From Chara braunii (taxonomy: Eukaryota; Plantae; Charophyceae): a stretch of DNA of 64,000 nucleotides. Position numbers and translations under genes: made by a program. The notes under the pieces were generated by a model. The model did no database searches. It was not told the origin of the DNA and worked only from the letters and a program-made list of their open reading frames with translations. Below, piece after piece: positions 35,765-49,961 of the stretch. Where the stretch lies: the NCBI GenBank assembly GCA_003427395.1, contig BFEA01000031.1, positions 241,195 to 305,194 of the forward strand, written 5' to 3'. Position 1 is the first letter of the stretch; each line of letters begins with the position of its first letter.

Positions 35765-36904
35765 ATGCACTTCACAATTGAAAAATATATGGTAGGGAGA
35801 AATGACCTCCTTTCCGGAAGCAGGGACCCGTTCGTGTGGATTGAGAAAAGGCGGTTACACCGAATGAGGGCTAGGACAAAAGGGGAGGAGCGACGAGCCT
35901 TTCCCCCCGGGACCCCGATTGAGCGGCTACCTCTGGACCCTGAGGAATGGGTGTGGAGCCCCGACAGACCCCCTGTAGCAGGCACACCCAAGAACATGGA
36001 GCTATCTAAACTGTCTGTGAAATCAACATATAGGATGCTTCGTCCGCGACGGATGCTAAAGGATATAGTGATCGACAGGTGGCAAAGGTATCTGAACATA
36101 GACAGGCAGCTCCTGACCCCCATACGTTGGTTCCACAACTACAAAACCAAACCGGCCAAGATTACCTCACTCCAGTGGCGGATATTACACCGCTGCCTAC
36201 TAGATCACTCACATTTGGAACAACAGGGCAAGATCCTCCCATGGTGCTTGCGCTGCCAGGGAAATTTTCCCTCACGGAAAAGAGCGGAGACGATAGAGCA
36301 CATTTTCCTCCAATGTCCATCAGCAACACTCACATGGAGGTGGTGGGACAGGATCTGGAGACAAATGGTCCCTGGAGTTCCATGGCCATGGGACTGGAGA
36401 GCTCTCCTACTAGGGCACTTCCCGGCAATCCAAAGCGACACCTTTGTGAGTAACATGTTTCACCTGGGCAGACGGGTAGTGCTCTGGATTCTATGGTGGC
36501 AGAGCTGCACCTTGGTCATGGACCATGTGAAAGGGGAAGAGGAGGAGTGGCAGGAACATCTCAAACAACATTTTCAGTCAGAACTCTCCAGGCAGTGGGA
36601 AGAAACCAAAAGAGTTATTGATTCTCTTCACGGAAAAAAGGACATTAGGGAACGAATTACAAGATTCTCCAAGGATTGGCTAGGTGGGGATCAAGGGGGA
36701 TGGGTGGCAGAGGTGAGATGGCTAGAGGGTAGGTTTACAAATAGGGGGACTTGTGAGGAAAGCATGGAGAGGAACCCCCCCCAAAACTACCGCCTCGTTT
36801 TTAAGAACTGGATGGAGATCAGCCCAGAAATTTCTATGAGACCTGCAGAAGAGTTTCCGGACCCCTTTCCTCCACACCCTTTGGCCCGGGAGATTAGAGT
36901 ATGA
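35765..36904 (+). CDS. LINE ORF2 C-terminal part with zf-RVT (5'-truncated, frame still open)
   Basis: LSVKSTY...LQWRILHRCL...CLRC...ETIEHIFLQC...LWILWW...PDPFPPHPL; tail motif at 37353-37405. Confidence 0.88.
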   Translation: MHFTIEKYMVGRNDLLSGSRDPFVWIEKRRLHRMRARTKGEERRAFPPGTPIERLPLDPEEWVWSPDRPPVAGTPKNMELSKLSVKSTYRMLRPRRMLKDIVIDRWQRYLNIDRQLLTPIRWFHNYKTKPAKITSLQWRILHRCLLDHSHLEQQGKILPWCLRCQGNFPSRKRAETIEHIFLQCPSATLTWRWWDRIWRQMVPGVPWPWDWRALLLGHFPAIQSDTFVSNMFHLGRRVVLWILWWQSCTLVMDHVKGEEEEWQEHLKQHFQSELSRQWEETKRVIDSLHGKKDIRERITRFSKDWLGGDQGGWVAEVRWLEGRFTNRGTCEESMERNPPQNYRLVFKNWMEISPEISMRPAEEFPDPFPPHPLAREIRV

Positions 36905-36921
36905 TAGCCTTTTGCCGTTAA

Positions 36922-37064
36922 ACCACCAGTACTTGGGCGACGCCTTAGCGTTAACGCTACGAGAATTTCGCTACCGGCGGGCCATAGATAAATCGTATCG
37001 ACAGCCCGCGCCGCTTCAAAAAAGGTGCAGCCGGCGCGGCGCGCAGTGCCCAAGTACTGGTGGT
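36922..37064. mobile_element. 143-bp MITE flanked by TTAA
   Basis: TTAA|ACCACCAGTACTTGGGC ... GCCCAAGTACTGGTGGT|TTAA; perfect 17-bp TIR. Confidence 0.88.
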
Positions 37065-37424
37065 TTAATAAGCCCTGTTTTTTTCGTAAGGGTCTTGGGT
37101 ATGGTCAAGAATAGATAGAAGGGGCGGAAGAGGAGTCGAAGGGAAGATCCACTGGTGCCCCCCAGTGGCTCCCTTTGGCACTCTCTGTGACATCGATTGA
37201 GGAAGGGGGGGTTTAACAACCCAGAAGGTGGGAGGATGTACCTGCGCAGTCAATCCTCTGAACTCAGAGCAATCAATGCTGGCAGGCTTATTTCCAGTCT
37301 CTTTTCCTGTTTTTTCTCAGGTGCTCTCTGTATTTTCTGAATCATTGTACAAGGGACGTTGGGACCGTTTCCCAGGAGGTGACGCTCCCCACCAATAGAT
37401 GGAGCTTGCCCTGGGCCAAATAGT

Positions 37425-37902
37425 CTTTGGTTGTGTGTTCGAGTCTTGTACTCGGATTACACGTGCTTTCGCGCAGTAACCGCCTTAGAAATTGTACTAT
37501 GTGCAGTGTGGCTGCGTAGGGGTGAGTGTGGTTGGGTACACCGTGTCCCGAGATGTCTGTGCTGGGGTGGGGTGAAGTGCTCATGTTGGGGCTTCACTTT
37601 CACCCCAGCCCACTTAGCCTTATGGTTACGTGTTTGCCTGCCGAGCGTTGGTTGTGTNNNNNNNNNNNNNNNNNNNNNNNNNNNNNNGGGTACACCGTGT
37701 CGCGGGATGTTCGTGTTGGGGTGGGGTGAAGTGCTCATGTTGGGGCTTCACTTTCACCCCAGCCCACTTAGCCTTATGGTTAGGTGTTTGCCTGCCGGGC
37801 CGTTGGTTGTGTGTTCGAGTCTTGTACTCGGATTACACGTGCTTTCGCGCAGTAACCGTCATAGAAGTTGTACTATGTGCAGTGTGGCTGTGTAGGGGTG
37901 TG
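37425..37902 (+). repeat. Tandem ~220-bp repeat with a tRNA-like (box A/box B) head; continues at 51216-51376 after the Gypsy insertion
   Basis: GCCCACTTAGCCTTATGGTTAGG...GCCTG(C/T)CGAGC...GTTCGA(G/A)TC at ~37608, ~37762 and ~51299; long hairpin CTGGGGTGGGGTGAAG...CTTCACTTTCACCCCAG in each unit. Confidence 0.75.
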
Positions 37903-40248
<2,346 letters not shown>

Positions 40249-40260
40249 TGGTATCAGAGC
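40249..40260 (+). promoter_or_regulatory. Primer-binding site, initiator tRNA-Met
   Basis: TGGTATCAGAGC directly abuts the 5' LTR. Confidence 0.93.
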
Positions 40261-40442
40261 TGATTCGTTTTGACTCCAAGGTTTTCCTAGGATGATTACC
40301 CTGTTTTAAAGTTCTTCTTTTCCTTTTTGATCCTTTTATTAGATTTTTGGCATTTTTGAGTAGGCTGGCTCCCCGTCGATGGAGGCCCGCGAATAGCAAT
40401 CAGAACCGAGCGAGAGGCCGGGCTCGAAACGCGCCTCCCGCG

Positions 40443-42628
40443 ATGGTGGAACCCGGAATTGGGGGTGAAAACGACGGTGACAACCACGCGGGGATGGCCA
40501 ATCATCCCCTGTACTTTGTACGTCCTCCTTTCGAAGTTCCCATTTTCTCCGAAGATGACACCGACCCTCGTACCTGGCTAGCGGCCTTGAAAGCCCAGGG
40601 CTGGTCGGATCAGTTGCTCCGAGAATGAATACCCGGAAGGTTAGCCGGAACCGCTTTTGAGTGGTATGGACATAACCCCTTCACTAATTGGGCAGCCTTC
40701 CAGAGGAAATTTCTCGATAGANNNNNNNNNNNNNNNNNNNNNNNNNNNNNNNNNNNNNNNNNNNNNNNNNNNNNNNNNNNNNNNNNNNNNNNNNNNNNNN
40801 NNNNNNNNNNNNNNNNNNNNNNNNNNNNNNNNNNNNNNNNNNNNNNNNNNNNNNNNNNNNNNNNNNNNNNNNNNNNNNNNNNNNNNNNNNNNNNNNNNNN
40901 NNNNNNNNNNNNNNNNNNNNNNNNNNNNNNNNNNNNNNNNNNNNNNNNNNNNNNNNNNNNNNNNNNNNNNNNNNNNNNNNNNNNNNCTGAACGTTTTACG
41001 TACTTAGCCGAACGCTCCGGGGTGGACGAGAAAATGGTACGGACTGATTTCGTCAGAGGACTGTCAGATTCTCGTCTGCGGTAAAAGATCCGCAAGAAAT
41101 GCAACCCTATAGAACATACCCTGACGAAGCTAATTCAGTACGCAATTAAGTACGGGAAAGAAAATTACGATGTGGGCCTGGACTCAGAATCCGACGAAGA
41201 CACCCTTCGGGTGTTCGACGCAATAGCTACTCCGCTACGGCACGAATGTTCGAAGATTGCTTCGGGTTGGGTCCGACAAAAAAGGGCGTGGATCGGAAAG
41301 CTTCTTCCTCTGCTTCGGCCTCCCGTCGCCCTAGTCAAGCACAAGGAGGCCGGGGTGAGGAAGAAGTGTCCATGAAGGAGGTCGCGGCACAATTAGTTAC
41401 GGTAGTGGCCCCGTTGGCAGAGTTTGTTCAGGGCCTGCAGCGGCAACGCCTAGCCGCCGCACAACGGCAATAAGCGGCTATGGCCGCCGGGGCCCCTATG
41501 ATAAGACCGGCCGTGGTCGGGGCTGTCCAGTCCCTACGCTGTTATAACTGCAATCAGCCAGGTCACCTTGCGAAAGATTGCCCGAAACCTCGAGCTCAGG
41601 GTGGGCCCGCTGGGCCTTTCCAAATCCCGTTGGCTGCTCCAACCGCTGCAGGACAGGGGAGGGTGGCCACGGTGATGGATACCAGGGGAACGGAAATGGT
41701 GACCCCTACGGCCACCAAGATAGGGCCCGATGAATACATGGCTGCGGCGATGTTCGAACCTGGGACCATCGGAGTGATACATCACGTCCAACGAATTACC
41801 GAGGAAAGCGACCTCAGGCCATGGAGACCAGGGTTCAAAGACCTTGCGGCGCCTGGTCCTGAATACAAGGATTGCCATATCGACGTATTGGATGCCTTGA
41901 AGGCTCTGGATCTTCGGATCCCCGTCCCTATTCCCTATCTGCTAACCATTCCTGAAGCGGCTAACGAAAAATTAATCGAACGATGCCTCAAAAACAGGCG
42001 CCGATTCGAGGAAAGTCGAAAGGGCAAAAAGCCGGTCCTACGGGACCTACCCACAAACGAGGAGTCGCAGCCCTCGACCTCAAAGGTGCACAAAGCCGAC
42101 CGAATAGGAATGATCCAGACTGTAGACTCTGCCTCGGAAAAACCCGAGGTATTCCTCCGAGCCTATCCTATAACCTGGAAAAGCATTGAGTGTGACTGCG
42201 AGGTCTGGGGAAATCCCTCGGCCGCCATCCTAGATTCGGGATCGTCAGCGGTCGCCATTTCTTGGAGGTTGACGAAACAGTTGGGAAGGGAGGGACAGGT
42301 TCAACCCCTCCGGCCGGATGAACTGTATATATCCGCTACGGAAGACAGTATTCATTGTAAGGGGCGAATAACGAACGTGCCTATACGGGTGGGGCGGATG
42401 CATTGTTTGTGCGACGTGATCGTGCTGGATGTACAGGCGTATGATGTTCTGCTAGGCATTCCGTGGCAGGCGGCGGTTGGAGCGCGAATGCACTTGGACA
42501 GCTGTAAGGTGGTGCTCACATCGTCCCACCCCAAACCCCAAACGATACCAATGAGACTGGCGGTGCGCATGCGCATCCAGCCGGCGCCTCGACTCACCAC
42601 GAAAGCCCATCAAATCAACATGATCTGA
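40443..42628 (+). pseudogene. gag: Gypsy gag + aspartic protease (stops, N gap)
   Basis: CYNCNQPGHLAKDC knuckle; AILDSGSS and YDVLLGIPW protease motifs. Confidence 0.88.
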
Positions 42629-42790
42629 CGCCTGTCACCAGACGAAAATGAACCATCGACGGAAACTGACGAGGCTGATGCACCCGACCGATATCCGATC
42701 CGAGTTCAGGATTGCGGACGCCATTCTTGGCGGCGAGAACCACTGGAAATAGTTCGGAGCGAGTCCAACCGGTCGCACGCGTTCTCCTTC

Positions 42791-44866
42791 GTGGTGCAGG
42801 GGGAACCCCTGCTGAGGGTGTCCCGAATAGCAGACCTTTCGGAAACCCCTGCATCCTTATATCTCAGGACGGACCCCCTACCTGACAGATTTACCGAGCT
42901 GAGGGGGCTGTGTGATTTATCTTTTCGACCTCCACGGGCCCTACTCACGAATGAGAAAGCCACGATACTTTTGAAAAAGGGGGTGTCGTTTCAACCCCGA
43001 ACAAGGGAATATCGGTGGGGACCGAGGGAACTCACGCAGGCCTTTTCGGTAGAACCCTCGGCCGAACCCGAACTGGATAGTGACAGTGACATGGAAAGCG
43101 AGCCGATGAGCCCGGTGGACAGTCAACTTATTGCGACTGTCTTTTCGGCGAAAACCGACAACTCTTTGTTTGGGGCCTCGCCCGATGCCAACGCGGCGGT
43201 CCCCACGGTTACGACGACGGTCTCCCTTCCTGGGGGAACCGTCGAAGTTCAGTTACCAGCCCGTGTTCCGGATGAATACCGACGCCTCCTCCTGGCAGTT
43301 ATACGGGCCTATCCTGAGGCCGTCAGTATTCAGGACCACGACATAGGGCTAACCCCTTTGATACAGCATGCGATTGATATCGGGGATCACGCCCCGATAC
43401 ATTGCCGACCGTACCGATATTCTCTTAAAGAAAGACAGTTGGCGTTGGAAAGGGCACGGGAATTCAAGCGGTTGGGGTGGGTCGAACCATCGCTGGGACC
43501 GTGGTCTTTTCCCGTGGTCCTTGTGCCAAAATTAAATGGTTCGGTCCGGGTATGTATCGACTACCGGAAATTGAACGCTATCACTACCAAAGATGTGTAT
43601 CCCTTGCCGCGAATCGACGATTTGTTGGATACTATCGGGGCCGCTCGAGACTTTTCCAAGTTCGATATCCGACACGGTTTTCACCATGTCGCAGTCCGAC
43701 CGGAGGACCGACCCAAAACCGCTTTTGTCCTATTTGAAGGCACATGGCAATGGGTCCGGTGTCCCATGGGAATTTGTAACGCCCCTGCAACGTTTCAGCG
43801 GGCCATGAATATGGCCTTCGCTGAGTTCGTTAACAAAACCCGATTGACCCAGCCCCTGATCAACTTCTATGTGATTGTGTACATGGATGATATTTTGGTG
43901 TTTTAAAAAACACACAAGTACCACGTGGAACACATTGAGTGGGTTTTGCATGCACTAAAAGACGCGGGGTTCAAAGTGGCCTTGGAGAAAAGCGAGTTCT
44001 TCTTGTCGGAGATCTCCTTCTTGGGGTACATCGTCACGGTCGAGGGACTAAAACCGGATCCGAGAAAGGTGGCAGTAGTTCAAGAAGCCCCGGCGCCGGC
44101 CACACTCACCCAGGTTCGGGCTTTTCTAGGGCTGGCATCCTATTACCGACGCTTCATCAAGGGGTTCGCCGGTATAGCGAAGCCCCTCACAAACCTGCTG
44201 AAGAAAGAGGAACAGCTGATCTGGACACCGGAATGCGAGGCGGCATTCCAGGCGTTGAAGGAGGCTCTGACATCTGCTCCTGTGTTGGCGCGCCCCGACC
44301 CGACAAGACCGTTCGCACTGTACACAGACTGGCAGCCTCAGGCGATATCGACGGTGTTGACTCAGCACGGGGCGGACGGAAGGGAACACGTCATTGAGTA
44401 TGCGTCCAAGACGCTGAGCCAGGCGCAGGCTAATTACGAAGCGTGCAAAGGTGAATGTCTGGCGGTGGTGTGGGGGATCCAGCATTTCTGACCGTATCTT
44501 TACGGCCAGAAATTTGTGTTGGTAACGGATCATCAGCCGCTGCTGTCCCTACGCAACAACACGGACTACACGGGGACGCTGGGCAGGTGGGCGGTGCGTC
44601 TGCAAGACTATGACTTCGACATCCGCCACCGTGCCAGGCGGCAGCATGGTAACGCCGATGGATTGACGCCCCTCCTGCCGCCCAACAAGTGTCCCGCCAA
44701 CGAGCGACTCATTCCGTGGAGGCCAGAAGTCGCGGCGACGAAACCGCACTACGGGGAGCTACACGTGCTGCGCAAGAACGACGCCCGAGTCCGAAATGGA
44801 GGTTTCGCCGGAGATGGCAGACGCGATCTCTTTGCCCTCATCCAACTCCCTCGCTCTCTCGTCTAG
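42791..44866 (+). pseudogene. pol: Gypsy RT + RNase H (in-frame stops at 43904 and 44489)
   Basis: PWSFPVVLV, RVCIDYRKLN, YPLPRIDDLL, PMGICNAPATFQ, YMDDIL; RNase H LYTDW...ECLAVVW...TDHQPL...NADGL. Confidence 0.95.
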
Positions 44867-46553
44867 TCCCTACTCGTCCCCTAAAACGCATCTAAACCCC
44901 TGTTTCTTCTGTACTTTACCTATGGTCCCGGACCAAGAAGGGTCACATCCGGGAGGGCCCAGTTTTCTTTTATGGGTACAGTGTAGTCGGTGTCATACGG
45001 TCAAATCTCATGGACAATGAGTTAGGTACCGAAGTGAATAGACATGGGTCTGTCGCAACTGTAGAACGGACCAAGTCCCTATCGAGAAGCGGTATCTGGA
45101 CGCCAGAACAGCCGACGGATTTGCGCCAAGTGCCCGCCGGGCAGAAGCCTGGACGGACCTTCTGTTGCTACGGAGGCTGTGAGGCGACTCGCTGTCAGAA
45201 CTTACTAAAGCTGAGAGGCGGAGAGTCACGGAGCGGGCGCAGGACTATCGCTGTCAGGGACCGACGTTACAAAAACGAAAAGTCGATGATGACGGAGGGT
45301 CTAGCTGGTTGACGGTTGCACACCCTCTCGCTAGGTTCGATTGGACACGAGCCGCTCATGAAGAGGATGCGGTCCATTTCGCGGTCAAGTACACGGAAAA
45401 AGCCATAGAAAAGAACGGATGGTACTGGTCGGGAATCCGGGAAGATGTGAAATACATCGTTCAAAATTGCCCGGCCTGCGCGGCGGACAAGGCGTCGGTA
45501 CAGATGCCTCGGATGATGGTGCCCACTCGTGTAGAGGGCCCCTTTCAGAGGGTTAGCATCGATACGACGGATATCAACGTTCCGAGAGGTCCCGTCGATC
45601 AGGGAGAACTCAATGTTCTTCTAGTAGCCGTTGATCATTTTTCAAAATGGATCGAGGCGTACCCTATGACCAGCCGGAATTCGCAGGAGGTAGCCTGGTA
45701 TGTAAACCGATTTTTGTGCATGCATCTAGACGTGGAAGAGGTACACATGGACAATGGGTCGAAATTTCAAGGCGAAGTAGAACGTCACCTAGTCAGGGCG
45801 GACGTTAAGATTATCTACTCGCCGGGCCATTGGCCTCAAGCCAATGGCCTCGTAGAGAATGCCAACCGACTGATTAAGACCGCCCTTAGACGGAATATCA
45901 CTGCGGGAGGCACCCGGCCCTGGCCGGTCATTGTCGACCACATCTTGGCCGTTTATCGGGCTACCCCACACGGTAGTACTGGGGTGTCCCCCTTTCAACT
46001 GAGAACCAATAGTGTCCCTCGGGTGCAATTGTCCCTCTTAGTAGGTACGGAAGTTAGAGCAACACGTGCCCAGAACCGAGATAAGGCCCGCCACTACATG
46101 GACTTAATGGCTAGGGCCTATCCCCCGTTAGCTCGCCGTCGACAGCAGCCCGTAGATCGGACACATCAACGGCAGATCCGTGACTACGAGAATCGACACG
46201 CGTCGGTGGGACCACTGCCCCGCTATAAAGTTGGGGACTTGGTGCAGGTACGGAAATCTGCGCGCTCCTCCAAGATCCACCCACGCTACACAGGCATTTA
46301 CAAGGTCACGGAAGTTGGCGCACAGGGACAGCACTCCGTGAAGTTGATTCCCCGTCACAACTCCCGGGCCCGACCGTTGACACGGCACACTGCTGCGCTC
46401 CGGCCCTTCCAGCCATCGCTAGGTCCTCTACGGACCCCCGCTCCTGCGAGATCACCCTCTCCTTCTTCATCCTCCTCCTCTTCCCGATCTGCCTCGTCCA
46501 TTGGTGCTGAGAGTTTCAGGGAGCAGGACGAACCATCGCCAGCCGGAGCATGA
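44796..46553 (+). pseudogene. PHD-finger + DDE integrase in one frame (three in-frame stops before 45309)
   Basis: CFFC...WVQCSRC...HGQ*...WVCRNC, then HHCC (AHEEDAVHF...CPAC), SIDTT, HMDNGSKF, GLVENANR and GPY-like YTGIY. The frame differs from gag-PR-RT-RH. Confidence 0.85.
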
Positions 46554-48408
46554 GCCCCTCGAGCACTTCCAGACGCCGCTTGCAGATCGCTTGTTGCGAC
46601 ATCGGTTCAATGAGGAAAGGCAGTTGCGGTACGACATCCANCAGGTGAACNTGCCAGCGCCCGGGGTTGCTGATTTGGCGGCATACTCGTTGCTTTGCGA
46701 TCGGCTGACGTATGCGGGGGTGTACGTGGATGTGACGCAGTTGCCTGGCCGGGAGACGACCCGAGTATTCATTGAGTTCCGCGCGCTCCAGGTGGCACCC
46801 AACTTCGTGCACAGCGTTGCCACCTTCATCGGAGACTTGACGATCCTACCGCAGCCGAATCGGGAGCCGGCGCGCAGCTTTGTGCGCGAATACGCGGTGG
46901 AAGCGGCCAGATCAGTGGCCAGATTGCAAGGACGGGGGGGACACCGATTCACAGCCCACGAAGTGCTGCTCCATCGGGCAGAGGACGGACCGATTGCGTT
47001 GGTGCCGCAGCTCCCCGCGCTTCTCCCTCCCGCTGCTCCTCTCAACTTCCAAGTTATTCCCCCTGTCCCGTACTAAATGCCTCCCTTCTTCTCCTACACC
47101 ACTCTCCCCTACCAGCTCACGGAGGGCCCATATCCCATGCGTGAGGTGGAGCTAACTGACGTGGAGCCGCTGCCCTTCGCCGACGAAGACGCGTGGGAGT
47201 TGCACCGTGCGCTGTACAAGTCGGTGGCGCTGGGGATGCTCCGGTTTTTCGTGAATCACGAAGACCACTGCATCGAGGAGCACTTCGTCGTCTACTACGT
47301 CATCACACGGCCCAAGCCAGCGGAGAAGGAAGGGACGGTGGCACTGTACCCCTTCGCCCAGCTCCAGACGATCGATCCGAGATTGTTGGAGCTCATACAT
47401 CTTGAGCTCCTCTCCATTGCGCAAGTGATCGCAAGCGAGGAGGAGGAGATCCAACCACGATTGCGGACGGCGACGGCCCCGTGGAGGACTTACAACGCGG
47501 TCGTCATCCCGGATTTCATTGCGCAGCGGGCGGAGAGGTTGGAGAACTTCCCAGAGGAAAGGTCGTTGCGGCCTCCCTCGTCGTATCCTCGACCAGCGCC
47601 ACCAAAGGCCCCTAAGAAGACGCCGAAGAGGAAGAGACGCCACCCGTCGCCAGGAGCGCAAGGCAGCAGGATCGGCGGCGGCGAGGAAGTGATTCAGCCC
47701 GCGCGTGCGGCGACGGTCGTTAAGGAGATAGTCGTGCCATCGCCGCCCTTTCCGCGTGTGCCCGATCTCAATCTTGATGGAGTCGGGCCATCATCAGCAG
47801 CAGCAGTCGGAGGAGGAAGCCGAATGGGATTTCCGGATCCCATATCCAGACCCCCGTCCTCACGGGACCTCTCCGTTCCCGCCAGCCACCCCGGGGTGCC
47901 CCGGTCATTAACATTAGTAATTCCTCTGAGTCGGACGGTCCATCCGACAGAGGTGGACTTCATGGTGGAGCCCTAAACCATTAGGCTCGAGGCCATCGCG
48001 GGGGCGCCGCGCCCTGATCCGACCTGGGAGCCATATCTGACACCCCCTTTTCAAGGGTGTATTGCGGCGCGATTGGCTGGGACGCTCATCTACGAGACCG
48101 GGCAGCGTCCCAATGCAATGTACCACTTCCTTGTCTTCGCGGCGCAGAAGCGGGAGTGGTGGCCTTACACTGAGACTCATGTGGTGATGACGGGTCCAGG
48201 ACCCCGATCGGTGCGCAAGCAGGTGGTGCGAGCGGTGGCGGATCCGGCGCCACGTGTCCTGTCTCATGTGTCAGGGGCCTTCCTCTATCCCTCGTTCGTC
48301 CAGCACCACTTCCAGGGGGAAGAGGCGCCGACGACTCCCGCGGCAATGGCCGTTTTTCTTCCACCTATTCCGCCCCCTCTCAATCCCGACATCGATCACT
48401 TCCTTTGA
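46501..48408 (+). pseudogene. Extra sense ORF (~630 codons) downstream of integrase, function unknown
   Basis: ORFs 46501-47076, 47077-47976 and 48073-48408 share one frame, separated only by two TAA codons; basic NLS-like KKTPKRKRR. Confidence 0.65.
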
Positions 48409-48738
48409 TCACCCTCGTCTACCTCTCCCCGCTTCTCTCCTTCTCCTTCTCTCCATCATCCTCTTCTCCTATGACCAAAGTTCGCGCGTCGAGACGCGCT
48501 GTATATCTCCAAGAAAAAAAAAAAAACGTTTTACCGATCGGGCTAGTTGACGATTAAGGGGCCGCCCGATCGGGTGTATACTATGGGAGGAGGCGATGGA
48601 GGATGCAAGATGCATCTACGTAGATTGGGAAGATGATCGGGCCAGCTGACGATGAAGAGGCCGCCCGATCATCTAAGACATGATGACCTCAGCAGTCGGG
48701 AGACTGCTAATTTTTCGGAACCCCCTGCGTATCACAGA

Positions 48739-49903
48739 TGTGATAAGCTCAGACCCGTACCGCGCGGCTTCCCGTATCCCTGAGGAAAAATCCCTCGGAA
48801 GCCCCGAGGCACGGACGCGGACAAACAGGGGTTTTTTCTTTCTTTTTGTTTTTCGTTTTCTTTTCGAAACGGCTTTTTCATTTTGTTTGGCTAATAACTC
48901 CTGCGCGGGCGAACAGCGGTCGCGGTATGAAAACCAAGAAACAGGGGCGGTGGGGACTTTTTGAATTTTTGCGCGCGCATGCCTAAGCTCAGATTTCTTC
49001 GCGCGTCTCGCATCCCCGTTTCTTACTTTGCATCTCCGCGCCATCTTCCCTTCTTGCTGCGCGCATTTTCCCCATGTCGGACTCTTCGTCTTCCCCTCCG
49101 CCCAGCTCGATCCTTACCCCGCGAAGTGATTGGCCGCGTAGTTGGGATGCTCGGATCAATGTGGAGAGCGGGAAACCGTGCGCCACTTGAACGGACACCC
49201 CAATCACGTAGGACCATGCCATCCCGCAGGTCGAACCCTCTAACTCCCCACCCTCCTCCTGTCCTGCTCATCTACAACCTGCGCTGCCTGCACCTCGCGC
49301 TGACAACCCGCCGCCTCCCGCGCTATAAATTCACGCAACCCTCTCCTCTCCCTCTCTTTGATCTCGGCTGCAATGTTGCACGAGCTATGCGCGAGAGTCC
49401 ACAGCGCCGAACAGGCTCGACGAGCCCAAGGACGGGCGGAGTGACGACGTGGGGTGGACCCGCGGTAGTCTTGGGGCGAAGCAGTCGGAGGGACGGAGCA
49501 ATGGTGGGGATTGGACGCCGGCCGCGGCAGGGCCTTGTGGCTATGGTGGTCGGTGGTCTTGGGGAGTTTTGAAGGCTGCGCCTGGGGGCGACAGTTAATT
49601 GAAATTTTTGTGTACAAGAAGGACTCGCTTTTATCTCCATTGCTGCTTTGTCTATGCATGTCGTGTGTGTGAAGCCCCGAGTGGGAGCTGGTGGTGCGTA
49701 CGAGTGATGTCGAAGGTCCATGGATGATTAGATGTCCTGTTAAAGTTTGTTGATTGCATGCATGTATGTATGTATGTATTCGTCCGGGCGGGGATGGGGA
49801 AACTGAACTGGGGGACCGTTTGCTTAGGAGTACGAGTGTGTTGATCCGGTTGTTCCCCTCCCCTCAGTGGTCTTTCCTGCGCTCGTGCGCGGTCTCGGCG
49901 CAA

Positions 49904-49961
<58 letters not shown>

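Noticed and set aside
37608-37660. Functional tRNA gene
   Set aside because: Box A/B-like motifs are present, but there is no complete acceptor stem or cloverleaf; treated as a tRNA-derived repeat.
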